A DNA stretch of 64,000 nt. Origin: Parcubacteria group bacterium (GTDB lineage: Bacteria; Patescibacteriota; Minisyncoccia; Phycocordibacterales; UBA2135). Positions 39,908-49,047 of this stretch are shown here, piece after piece. The stretch spans positions 75,320-139,319 of the forward strand of contig JACPBB010000001.1 of assembly GCA_016180525.1 (NCBI GenBank). The letters are read 5' to 3'. Numbering within the stretch: position 1 is the stretch's first letter; each line of letters starts with the position of its first letter. Under the pieces are notes generated by a model that had not been told where the DNA came from, made no database searches, and saw nothing but the letters and a program-made list of their open reading frames with translations. The position numbers and the translations under genes were made by a program.

Positions 39908-40294
39908 TTACGAGCGACGAAAAATGTTTTTCAATATTCCACCGCCGCGCCTTAAAACATGGAGTGCCTTTCGCTTGCTTCTGCGAAGTTCGCGCGACAT
40001 TTCATCTTTCGCCTCGTCAATTGCCGCGTATAAGTCGTCTTTGACTGCCTCCGAGCGCATGTGCGCACTGTCGGAGTTAAAGTTTATCTCCGCACGATAC
40101 ACATCCCCTTTAAGGTGGTGTTTCGTAGTTTTTCCGATTTCAATTTCAAACAAAAGTTCCCCCGACTCTTCCGCATAATGCTTAAAAAATTTCTGAAGCG
40201 AATCAATTTTTGCCCGCGTGTACTCCTCAATCGCCGGGGTTAAATCAATCCCCGTCGTCTTTATTTTTACAACAATATTTTTATCCCGATCCAT
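39908..40294 (-). CDS. hpf: Ribosome hibernation promoting factor (short HPF/RaiA)
   Basis: 128 aa, beta-alpha-beta-beta-beta-alpha pattern with conserved basic residues (IKTTGIDLTPAIEEY...). Confidence 0.8.
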   Translation of the reverse strand: MDRDKNIVVKIKTTGIDLTPAIEEYTRAKIDSLQKFFKHYAEESGELLFEIEIGKTTKHHLKGDVYRAEINFNSDSAHMRSEAVKDDLYAAIDEAKDEMSRELRRSKRKALHVLRRGGGILKNIFRRS

Positions 40295-40318
40295 GTACTT
40301 ATATTAACTCTTTATTCC

Positions 40319-40540
40319 TCATTCCTCAATATATATAAGTTTGCTCGGGTGATGGTGGCCATTTACAATCCGCACTTTTCCAAGCGAAACACAAAAATGC
40401 CGAGCAACAAGCTCAACAATTCTTTTGTTTGCCGCGTTTTTCTGCGGCCGCTCTTTTACCTTTATTTCAAAAAGAGTGTCGCTTATTTTCTCAACTGACT
40501 CCTTCTTTGCCCCCGGCGTCGCCCTCACTTTAACGTACAT
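40319..40540 (-). CDS. YggU/DUF167 family protein
   Basis: 73 aa, VRATPGAKKESV...IKVKERPQKNAANK...VSLGKVRIVNGH pattern. Confidence 0.65.
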   Translation of the reverse strand: MYVKVRATPGAKKESVEKISDTLFEIKVKERPQKNAANKRIVELVARHFCVSLGKVRIVNGHHHPSKLIYIEE

Positions 40541-40563
40541 AATTGAATACCAGATACAAAATA

Positions 40564-40794
40564 CTAAATACGAGATTCTAGATATTTTACGATATCATCC
40601 GATTCGTACATTGAAACTCCTTTTTCTTCATCAACTAAAAAAGGCACTTGACGTTTGCCTCCTTTTTCCATAAGGTCCGCGAGGTTTTTTTCATCAGCAA
40701 TATTGCGTTCGTCTAAAGTAATGCCGATCTCCGCTGCCGCGCGCAAAACCTTTGCACAAAACGGACACCCTGTTTTTACGTAGAGTATTAACAT
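40564..40794 (-). CDS. Glutaredoxin-like protein
   Basis: CPFC active site, 76 aa thioredoxin fold. Confidence 0.8.
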   Translation of the reverse strand: MLILYVKTGCPFCAKVLRAAAEIGITLDERNIADEKNLADLMEKGGKRQVPFLVDEEKGVSMYESDDIVKYLESRI

Positions 40795-40816
40795 CGTATT
40801 AACTGAAAGTAGAGAG

Positions 40817-41116
40817 TTATTTAGAAACCTCTGCCCGATCTTGCGTGGTAAGCCAGTCCATGACTTTTTTGCGATGTTTTACGACTGACCAGTGTTCTTC
40901 TTTGCCATCCCCTTCTTTAAACAAAGATGGGTGCGTATTTTTAAACTGTTTTAAAAGTGTCGTTGACGCCTGAGGAAACCTCTCCGGAATAGTGCTGTTA
41001 TAGGAGTCTTTGAAATCAGAAAGTTTTACGAGGCCTTCGTTTTCTTTGAGTTTTTCGTCTATTTCGTAGTAGACCATAATGTTCTTAACCTTATCACATA
41101 TGTCCTCAAAAAGCAA
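40817..41116 (-). CDS. Hypothetical protein (99 aa)
   Basis: ORF only. Confidence 0.35.
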   Translation of the reverse strand: MLFEDICDKVKNIMVYYEIDEKLKENEGLVKLSDFKDSYNSTIPERFPQASTTLLKQFKNTHPSLFKEGDGKEEHWSVVKHRKKVMDWLTTQDRAEVSK

Positions 41117-41197
41117 AATCTCTGCGACTACCTAAAAAACATTCCAATATTCTGCAGAATATTGGAATGTTTTTAGTATATTATATTCTGTAATTAT

Positions 41198-41647
41198 TTA
41201 TTCTTTAGATTTTTCTTTTTTCGGAATAAATTGCGAACCGCTTCCTTCATAAACCGGCTTCCCTTTTAAATTCTCGTTCCATTCGGTCATGTGCGCCTTC
41301 ATGTCGCCGCCAAGTTCATTTTCCATTTTCGCCATTCTTCTTGCTATAAATTCATCCTCGTCAACGGGTCGTATCCAGTGCTGCACCTCAATGCGCCCAA
41401 ACCTATTTCTGCCATAGACGCACCAGCGCGGATTCTCCCCTACCTTGCAGTCATACTCGTGCGCCAAACCCTGCAATTCATGCTCGGTTTTATGCGCATG
41501 TTTCTTCGGCTCTTCTTCTCCGTCAATAGTTTTAAATTTTTCAGTAGGCATATGCTTTATACTACACAGAACGCAAAAAAAAGAAAAGGGATATTTGAAT
41601 ATCCCTATATTTCTGCTATGATACTTTTCATATTCCCTAGCGGCCAT
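41198..41647 (-). CDS. Hypothetical protein (likely start MPTEKFK...)
   Basis: ORF only; charged, His-rich. Confidence 0.4.
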   Translation of the reverse strand: MAAREYEKYHSRNIGIFKYPFSFFCVLCSIKHMPTEKFKTIDGEEEPKKHAHKTEHELQGLAHEYDCKVGENPRWCVYGRNRFGRIEVQHWIRPVDEDEFIARRMAKMENELGGDMKAHMTEWNENLKGKPVYEGSGSQFIPKKEKSKE

Positions 41648-41705
41648 GTCCCATACTAAGCTTTGCTCTAGTATCGGAGTCAGCGGCCACGCACCAAATT
41701 TTCCC

Positions 41706-41777
41706 TCCGCGGTAGCTCAGCGGTAGAGCGGCTCCCTGTTAAGGAGATGGTCGCAGGTTCGATCCCTGCCCGCGGAG
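41706..41777 (+). tRNA. tRNA-Asn (anticodon GTT)
   Basis: Cloverleaf read manually: acceptor TCCGCGG/CCGCGGA, D-arm GCTC-AGCGGTA-GAGC, anticodon loop CTGTTAA, T-arm GCAGG-TTCGATC-CCTGC, discriminator G; CCA not encoded. Confidence 0.8.
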
Positions 41778-41835
41778 GAAAGATCTGGTGTGGAGTGTAA
41801 AGAACGTCGTGGCTCCCCGCCTAGAAAGTTTGAAA

Positions 41836-41855
41836 AAATCACACCACAAATTTTA
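41836..41855. repeat. Left copy of perfect 20-bp direct repeat AAATCACACCACAAATTTTA (right copy at 48946-48965)
   Basis: seen directly; flanks a ~7.1 kb accessory block next to tRNA-Asn. Confidence 0.7.
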
Positions 41856-41863
41856 GCGCGTAA

Positions 41864-44638
41864 TTGTACCTGTCCCCATTTTTAAATTTGGCAGAGAAAT
41901 TCGTAAAAATATCATTAAAGGTACAATTAGAGACAAGAGGCAAAATTAGAACCAAAAAATATTGCATGATTTATTGCAACATAGAAGATCTAAGAAACGA
42001 AAGCGACGTAGAGCAAAAGCTCTGCGTTCCTCTTATTACGACTTCTTCAGAAAAAGGTTTAGGCTACTCAAAAAGTGATTATAGTTCAAAAAAGACTCTT
42101 AAAAAAATGGTCATTGGCAAAAGCGGGGACAAAAAATCTTATCGCCCAGATTTCATTACATTTATTCAAGGAACGCCAGTATTGGTAATTGAAGCAAAAA
42201 GCCCAGAGGAAGACCTGACAGAGGGATATAGAGAAGCGAGATTGTATGCGAACGAGTTAAATGCCATATACCCCTCCGGAATAAATCCATGTACGAAGGT
42301 TCTGGTGACAAATGGTAAAGAAATTTGGTACGGCAAAAATGATGAAAGAGAAGTCTTCGGTAAATTAACTTTTAAAGATATCAACATTTCCAACAAGAAA
42401 TTTACTGATCTGTTAGATTTTTGCAGCAAAAGTAAGATTAATAATGAATTAGAGACTGTTATAAAAAAAACGCGCAGTAAAAAAAATTTTAGTAAACCAA
42501 CTGCAATACTTGGAGGAAAAGCGAGTAGGGAGGAGGAACTTGGAAGCAATACTTTTGGTTCTGCTTTAATGTATGAATATCAGAGAATATTCAACCCTGA
42601 AACAAGAGAAGACAGGGTAGAAATTGTCAGAAATGCTTATATACCTTCTACGGGAATTGAAAAACACAAGAGCCCAATTCGAAAGCTAATTCTCGCTACG
42701 CTGCCACCCAGCTTAAAAAACACAACGAAAATCGAAAATACATCAAAACCACGAGAACTTTTGAGCAAGCTCCTGTCCCCCCAAAGGCTATCCAATCAGC
42801 TAATTTTATTAATTGGTAATGTTGGATCAGGAAAAACTACCTTTATTGATTATTTGAGAGAAATCGTATTGCCCACAGAGATAAAAAATAAGACAACGTG
42901 GGTATATATTGATTTAAACTTCGCACCCAACACGAAAGATGAAATTTATCCCTGGGTCCAAGAAAAAATAGTTGCTCAATTGAAAGATACACACCAAGAA
43001 CTTAACCTCGATCACATTGATGAATTGAAAAAGCTATATGCTGGTGATATAGAAGCATTTGAAATTGGTGAAGGAAGTTTACTAAGAGATGACCCAAAAG
43101 AATATAATAAATTGCTTGCCAAACTGATCCAAGAAGCAAAGGCAGACAAAAATAAAACCGCTAAAGCATACACAAGATATTTATGCGGCGATAGAGGAAA
43201 AACATTTATACTCATACTTGATAATGGAGATAAGAGAAACAAAGAAGATCAACTGCTGATGTTCGAAGTGGCCAGATGGGCAAAAGAAGAGTTTCGAGCT
43301 TTAATATTTTTGTCACTACGAGATGTCACATACGATTTACACAAAACGGAGCCTCCTCTTGATACTGTTATCAAGGATATGGCCTTTAGAATTGATCCAC
43401 CAGAATTAAGCCAAGTACTTTACAGAAGAGTCGCATACGCAATTCAGAACTCACCGTCAAGGGGAATCAAAATGACCTTAAATAATATGGTTGTGAATAT
43501 CTCAAAAAAAGAACAAGACATGTATTTAAAATGTATTCTAGAATCGCTTTATAATTCAAGTCCGTTCTCAAGAAAATTGATAAATGGGCTGGCTGGAAGG
43601 GATCTGCGAAGAGGGATAGAGATATTTATAACGTTTTGTAGAAGTGGACATATTTCTAATAAAGAAATATTGAAAATGCGTGTCTCAAATGGTTCCCACC
43701 CCCTTGAAGAACACATCGTCTTGAGGGCTTTGTTAAGGGGTAGTAAGCGATTTTATTCAGGGAGAGACTCTTATATTAAAAACTTATTTGAAAGCTACCC
43801 GGACGAAGAAGTAATCCCCGATCCATTTGTGAGGATGTCAATATTGAAATGGTTTCAAGAAAAAAAAGCGATCCGAGGTCCTAGTGATGCTAAGGGCTTC
43901 CATCCTATCGCTGATCTAGAAACAGATCTCCAATTGATTGGACATAATGAGAAAAGAGTACGAAGTGAAGTAGTAAACTTGCTAAGAGAGCGCTGCCTCA
44001 TAAGTGAAGCGCAAACAGAAGAAATTCTTGCGGAGACAGATCCAAAAGAAATAGAAAAAGGAATTGAGGATAATGATCTGATAAAAATAGCGCCCGCTGG
44101 CACAATTCACTTAGACCTGCTTCTGAATATTGTTTATTTGTCTGCCTGTGCCGAGGATATTTGGTATTGGAGCCATCAGACGGCAACAACTATAAAGGAA
44201 CGACTAACAAGAGAACAGGGGGTTGGACATTATTCGTTATCGACCAACTTAAAAAATTCATCGGACCTAATTGATTATTTAATTGATTATCAAAAAAAAT
44301 ACTACCCCAACAATGAGACTATCATTGACAAAGACATTCCACGCATAGACCTACAAACAATTAAAAAATTTGTCTCTGAGAGAGAACTAAAGGTACAAAA
44401 CAAGAACTCTGACTTGAAGAGGCGTTACCCTTTTAATAAAGAGCTTGTATGTTCTATTGAGAGGATTATCCTCAGGGCTGGAATCAGAGTACTCGTAGAG
44501 CCGGGCGTCTACGGCTTCATCATGAAAAGAGACATAAGGCAAGCAGAAAGTTTCCAGCAAGGTAAAAAAGTCAAAGTGCGAGTCAATGGTCTAGATGAAG
44601 ATCGTAGTACGCTTATTTTAAGTCTAATAGAAAAATGA
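41864..44638 (+). CDS. Large hypothetical protein: N-terminal PD-(D/E)xK nuclease (HsdR-N/Mrr-like) motif fused to a P-loop NTPase
   Basis: YRPDFITFIQGTPVLVIEAK (PD...ExK); LLIGNVGSGKTTFIDYL Walker A; FILILDNGD Walker B; ~500 aa further of unknown function. Confidence 0.6.
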   Translation: MYLSPFLNLAEKFVKISLKVQLETRGKIRTKKYCMIYCNIEDLRNESDVEQKLCVPLITTSSEKGLGYSKSDYSSKKTLKKMVIGKSGDKKSYRPDFITFIQGTPVLVIEAKSPEEDLTEGYREARLYANELNAIYPSGINPCTKVLVTNGKEIWYGKNDEREVFGKLTFKDINISNKKFTDLLDFCSKSKINNELETVIKKTRSKKNFSKPTAILGGKASREEELGSNTFGSALMYEYQRIFNPETREDRVEIVRNAYIPSTGIEKHKSPIRKLILATLPPSLKNTTKIENTSKPRELLSKLLSPQRLSNQLILLIGNVGSGKTTFIDYLREIVLPTEIKNKTTWVYIDLNFAPNTKDEIYPWVQEKIVAQLKDTHQELNLDHIDELKKLYAGDIEAFEIGEGSLLRDDPKEYNKLLAKLIQEAKADKNKTAKAYTRYLCGDRGKTFILILDNGDKRNKEDQLLMFEVARWAKEEFRALIFLSLRDVTYDLHKTEPPLDTVIKDMAFRIDPPELSQVLYRRVAYAIQNSPSRGIKMTLNNMVVNISKKEQDMYLKCILESLYNSSPFSRKLINGLAGRDLRRGIEIFITFCRSGHISNKEILKMRVSNGSHPLEEHIVLRALLRGSKRFYSGRDSYIKNLFESYPDEEVIPDPFVRMSILKWFQEKKAIRGPSDAKGFHPIADLETDLQLIGHNEKRVRSEVVNLLRERCLISEAQTEEILAETDPKEIEKGIEDNDLIKIAPAGTIHLDLLLNIVYLSACAEDIWYWSHQTATTIKERLTREQGVGHYSLSTNLKNSSDLIDYLIDYQKKYYPNNETIIDKDIPRIDLQTIKKFVSERELKVQNKNSDLKRRYPFNKELVCSIERIILRAGIRVLVEPGVYGFIMKRDIRQAESFQQGKKVKVRVNGLDEDRSTLILSLIEK

Positions 44639-44889
44639 GGGGTTTAGAAAGGTTTCATAGGTGACTCCGAATGAACTAAGATTATTAATTGTCTAACTTG
44701 CTCCAGCGACACGCTCGGATAAGAAAACACCCCCTCCCACCTTGTCGTCCGTAGCGTGTCCAGCCACGCGAGTACTTTTTTGAGCCTTGATTTTCAATGC
44801 TCTTTTTTGATACTCCAAGTTGGACATCAGAACTTTTCTTGGTTATATTTCCCATAGAAAGATTTTATTACAAAAAAGGGGTGGTATCA

Positions 44890-45512
44890 TGAACAACCTG
44901 CGACTACAAGGAAAGATTGTCGTTGTCGCTTACTCTGGAGGGCCTGATGCAACAGCACTTACACATCGCTTGAAAATGTCTGGGGCGGTGGTTCATCCGT
45001 TCTACATTAATTACCGCAAACAACACAATCACCCTAAGACTCTTAACGACTTAAGGGCGGCAAATGCATCTGCAGAAATCCTCGGTATCCAGAAAGTCGA
45101 AACAGTTCGAGCCCCACTTGGAGAACGAAGCAAGGGTGAGCGTAATGGGTTCTTCGTTGAAGTTCTCTCACCCATTGCGAGAGAACTTGGAAGTTCCCAC
45201 ATTGGACTTGGCACCATATGGGATGGAACAGACGATGATTTGAGTGTTGAATCCTTGTCTCTTCGTGGCTGTGAGCACAACTGTGAAGTAGTCACGTGGG
45301 ATAGTTTCGGTATACACGAAAAGGCAGATCAGTTTCTGGGGGTAGACACTAAGACGCGCGAAGCGCTGTTTCAGACCACATCATGCCAACGGTGGTGGAT
45401 ATGGAAAACCGAGTGTGGTGGATGCTACAGCTGCAAGGCACGTCACGGAGCTTTTCTCAAGGCCTTTGGGTACGACCCCACGGTTTATTACAAAGCTGTA
45501 TCCTCACTATAA
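44890..45512 (+). CDS. QueC-like PP-loop ATP pyrophosphatase (7-cyano-7-deazaguanine synthase family) paralogue
   Basis: VVVAYSGGPDAT PP-loop (SGGxD), C-terminal CGGCYSCKAR zinc motif as in QueC; AAGGGGTGG RBS before ATG 44890. Confidence 0.55.
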
Positions 45513-45601
45513 TTCTTTTCTCAAAAGTCGCTTCATTATTGAGTGACTTTTTTGTTACGTAAATCCAAGTAATTGTAAATCCCGTTCAACATTTACCCAA
45601 T

Positions 45602-45661
45602 CAAAAGTTCTCCGCCTCGCTCTTACTCGTCGAGACGGGTGAACTCGTCCACAATGGGGAG
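45602..45661. repeat. Copy 1 of ~60-bp direct repeat CAAAAGTTCTCCGCCTCGCTCTTACTCGTC(G/A)AGACGG...CTCGTCCACAATG(G/T)GGAG (copy 2 at 46089-46148)
   Basis: seen directly, ~90% identical. Confidence 0.65.
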
Positions 45662-45733
45662 TAACATTGACAAAGTAATAGTATTGTGCTATTTTTTGTA
45701 CAGTTTTCAAAATAATTAGAGAGGAAAAAATTA

Positions 45734-45937
45734 ATGCACACGCGTGATACATCGAGATTCACGTTCCATTTTAATTCAGATTTCAGTGGCAATATCGTCT
45801 GCATCAATAAGGAAACAGGAGCAGAGATGCAAATTCCCGCAGAGGAAATCTTGCAACTGGTAGCCTACCATTATCTAGCTGCAAAAAAAATTGAAAAACT
45901 CGAACAAGCAAGTATTGAAGAACTTCTACTAGCATGA
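45734..45937 (+). CDS. Small hypothetical protein (67 aa)
   Basis: promoter-like TTGACA and AGAGAGG RBS upstream, two terminator hairpins downstream. Confidence 0.4.
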   Translation: MHTRDTSRFTFHFNSDFSGNIVCINKETGAEMQIPAEEILQLVAYHYLAAKKIEKLEQASIEELLLA

Positions 45938-46088
45938 GTTTGTAATATTTTTATAACCAACCGCCCAAGGAAAACCGTCCTTGCGGCGGTTTTTTACATA
46001 AACCCTGCCTGCCAGTAGGCAGGCAGCCCCCCTATTTCAATTTTAATTTGTTTCCACCCCGCCTTGCCTGATGCAAGTCGAGGCAGGT

Positions 46089-46148
46089 CAAAAGTTCTCC
46101 GCCTCGCTCTTACTCGTCAAGACGGATAAACTCGTCCACAATGTGGAG
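46089..46148. repeat. Copy 2 of the ~60-bp direct repeat, upstream of TspO gene
   Basis: seen directly. Confidence 0.65.
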
Positions 46149-46244
46149 CAAGCAATTTTTCAATTGTGTTTGCAGTAGAGCGCATTTCACATCTGATACA
46201 CTTTTGTTATGTATCTGAAGCGTGCTTTTTGGTAAAATTGGGTT

Positions 46245-46751
46245 ATGAGACTTCCTCCTTCGTTAAAACTTCGGCGGACAAGCAATAATTTTTTCAGATT
46301 GGTTATTGCGATTGCGGTGTCAGAAGCGGCCGGAATTATCGGGTCAGTTTTCACCGTCTCGGCCATTCCGACTTGGTATGCCGGACTTGTGAAGCCGGCG
46401 CTCAATCCTCCGAGCTGGGTTTTCGGGCCTGTTTGGACGATACTCTATGCGCTGATGGGCATTGCGGCGTTTTGGGTGTGGCGTATGGGTTGGGAACGGA
46501 AAGAGATAAAAATGGCGCTTGGAGTGTTTGGCATCCAGCTTTTCTTAAATGCCATCTGGTCAATCATTTTCTTTGGTCTGCATAGCTCCACCTGGGCCCT
46601 CGTGGATATCATTCTGCTGTGGTTTGCAATCGTTTGGACAATGGTTGTTTTCTATAAAATTTCAAAGCCGGCAGCATATTTACTTATTCCATATCTTCTC
46701 TGGGTTAGTTTTGCTTCGTATCTTAATTATTCTATTTGGTTATTAAACTAA
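46245..46751 (+). CDS. tspO: TspO/MBR family tryptophan-rich sensory protein
   Basis: five TM helices, W/Y-rich conserved pattern (PSWVFGPVWTILYALMG...). Confidence 0.8.
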   Translation: MRLPPSLKLRRTSNNFFRLVIAIAVSEAAGIIGSVFTVSAIPTWYAGLVKPALNPPSWVFGPVWTILYALMGIAAFWVWRMGWERKEIKMALGVFGIQLFLNAIWSIIFFGLHSSTWALVDIILLWFAIVWTMVVFYKISKPAAYLLIPYLLWVSFASYLNYSIWLLN

Positions 46752-46755
46752 CTAC

Positions 46756-47268
46756 ATGAGAAAAAAGACAGTAAAAGTAAGTGACAAGATCCAGAAAAAC
46801 TATCAATATGAGCTTACCGAACCGGCTGGCAGGAATTTTCATGCTAGTTTTAAGCCCGAGCTCACTCCCAAACAAATGCTTACCTTGGGCGTTTTCGGCG
46901 GCAAGTACATGACCGACTGCAAAAAAGAATTTCCCAAGGGCTGGTTTACGCGCGCCAAACTTTCGCCCGAGCATCACGACGATACGCTGAATTATTTTCA
47001 TAAACACGCGAGCCAACCGCTTAAGGTGTGGGTTAAAAAGGGATGGATCAATAAAAAGCATGATCCAAGAGGATGGTTTCAGTGGTATTGCCGTTACTAC
47101 ATGGGCCGGCGACTTCCCGGCGAAGACGAACGGCAGATCAAACGCTGGAAAGCCATTCGGCGGCACATTGCGCAGGTCAAAAAGAATTGCAGAAAGAGAG
47201 ATTTAACCTGCCGTCCGACGCAAAGACAGGCGGTACTTCACTGGGCCTACGACAGCCGGAAAATATAA
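46756..47268 (+). CDS. Hypothetical protein (170 aa), basic, W-rich
   Basis: ORF 4 bp after tspO stop; no assignable motif. Confidence 0.5.
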   Translation: MRKKTVKVSDKIQKNYQYELTEPAGRNFHASFKPELTPKQMLTLGVFGGKYMTDCKKEFPKGWFTRAKLSPEHHDDTLNYFHKHASQPLKVWVKKGWINKKHDPRGWFQWYCRYYMGRRLPGEDERQIKRWKAIRRHIAQVKKNCRKRDLTCRPTQRQAVLHWAYDSRKI

Positions 47269-47405
47269 CTCGCACAATTTGCTTAATTAAGCAAACCTGC
47301 CCGCCGGCAGACAAGACTGGATCACAATTGAGGGCCGAGGAGTGAAAGAAGTGCAAGACAGGCGACGAAATCCTTTTTCCCTTCATAGTAACTCGCTGTT
47401 CCCGC

Positions 47406-47438
47406 AAAAAACTCCCATTGTCGGGAGTTTTTTGTTTT
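47406..47438. terminator. Intrinsic terminator AACTCCC-attgtc-GGGAGTT + T-run
   Basis: seen directly. Confidence 0.6.
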
Positions 47439-47506
47439 CTTCTTGAAAAATAAAGACGGGGATGTTACTTTATTTCCAGAGTCATTGGAAATAAGGAGGG
47501 CTCAAT

Positions 47507-48049
47507 ATGCGTAAGGGCAGAGGGCTCGTAGATGTTGATATTTATAATGAATTATTGAAAGTTCCCGGAGCGCGCAAATTGTTACTTGATAACACAACAA
47601 ACCACAGAACAAATCCGAAGACGAATAAGGTGTGCGCTGAAATTCATGAGGACGCTTGGCCAGAAGTGAAAGAAATGGTCGCCAATTGGAAACGCTTCAA
47701 GAAAGGACAGCCGCAGCAAACGCATACAAAAATAGCGCCAAAGAAAGGGACTGCTGTTAAAAAAGAATCGGCTATTGACCCGAAACAGCAAGAGTGTATT
47801 CGGAGACTAAGAAAGCTGAAGCCAGGAGATAAGTTTGCATACAAAAATGTTGGCTATGGCCTCACGAGCTACGAAGATGGCAGTGACGCCATTGAAATCA
47901 AAAAAGGGAAACTATTCACCGAGACCTTCGATAGCATGGGCATGGAATGGACGGGAGCCACTTGGAAGTTTGACGGCGGACTTGGCTTAGTAACCTATAT
48001 CGTTCTTATGGAAGATGTGCCCGAGGGGCAACTCGCGGATCAAGGTTAA
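47507..48049 (+). CDS. Hypothetical protein (180 aa)
   Basis: AAGGAGGG RBS, terminator at 48060-48084. Confidence 0.5.
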   Translation: MRKGRGLVDVDIYNELLKVPGARKLLLDNTTNHRTNPKTNKVCAEIHEDAWPEVKEMVANWKRFKKGQPQQTHTKIAPKKGTAVKKESAIDPKQQECIRRLRKLKPGDKFAYKNVGYGLTSYEDGSDAIEIKKGKLFTETFDSMGMEWTGATWKFDGGLGLVTYIVLMEDVPEGQLADQG

Positions 48050-48385
48050 CACATCACATACCCGGCTCTTGTAGTCGGGTTTTTATCGCACAGATCGCTC
48101 AAGCGGGATTAATCTGGACAAAGCTCTGGCACCTGCGATAAACTCTCGCCACCTCAGTAGTAGAGCGCTACGCGCTCACTACGGGGCAGGCACGAGCATA
48201 CCCGCCTTCACACGAGGTTACGGCAGGTAGGCAGCTCGTAACACGGGGTTACTTCTGGTCAGTGGTGCCAACGAGTTTTGGTTTTATTTTTACCGAAAGT
48301 GTTGCTGCGGGCGAAATACGAACCCAGTGCATTGACCAAGGCAATAGATTACTCTAAGCTAATTTCAGCTTTTAAAGTTCCTTGA

Positions 48386-48805
48386 TTGGGGTGGGATATG
48401 AGAGTTGGCCTGATTGCTTGTTCAAAAACCAAACGAGTTGGCAGGTATAAGGCGAGAGAATTGTATTGTTCTCCTTTATTTCGTTTTGCGTGGCAATACA
48501 CAAGTCAGCATTTTGATAGGGTGTTTATCCTTTCTGCTAAATATGGTCTACTTGACCCAGAAAGACGCGTCTGCGACTACGACACTACGTTGAATACTAT
48601 GACAATTGATGCGCGGAAACGATGGTCTGTACAAGTAGCGAAACAAATTCTGCAAAAAACAAACACAAGTGACGAGCTTCACCTCTTTTGCGGTAAAAAA
48701 TATAGAGAATTTGTTGTGGCATTGCTACGAGGGCAAAAATGTTTTTATCCTCTCCACGGTTTAGGTATCGGGCAGCAGCTGCAATGGTATAAAGAGAGAT
48801 TATAG
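48386..48805 (+). CDS. Hypothetical protein (139 aa; conserved-looking IACSKTK...ILSAKYGLL pattern)
   Basis: ORF only. Confidence 0.45.
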   Translation: MGWDMRVGLIACSKTKRVGRYKARELYCSPLFRFAWQYTSQHFDRVFILSAKYGLLDPERRVCDYDTTLNTMTIDARKRWSVQVAKQILQKTNTSDELHLFCGKKYREFVVALLRGQKCFYPLHGLGIGQQLQWYKERL

Positions 48806-48945
48806 GCCGCCGACATAATTAATCGGCGGTTTTCATTTTACAATCGCAAGCAACGAGTTAGTCTGTTGCAACGAAACGTTAGGGCGCGGAAACATCTCCT
48901 CCCGTTTTATCTTCCATAACATGTCCAAGCCCCACGCGAGCCAAC

Positions 48946-48965
48946 AAATCACACCACAAATTTTA
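48946..48965. repeat. Right copy of the 20-bp direct repeat AAATCACACCACAAATTTTA
   Basis: seen directly. Confidence 0.7.
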
Positions 48966-49047
48966 TTAAAAAAATGTACTTATCCCTATTTCTATTTCCC
49001 GATTCCCCAAGTAAGTAGTTTAAAAAAACCAGCCTTTTCCAAAGTCT

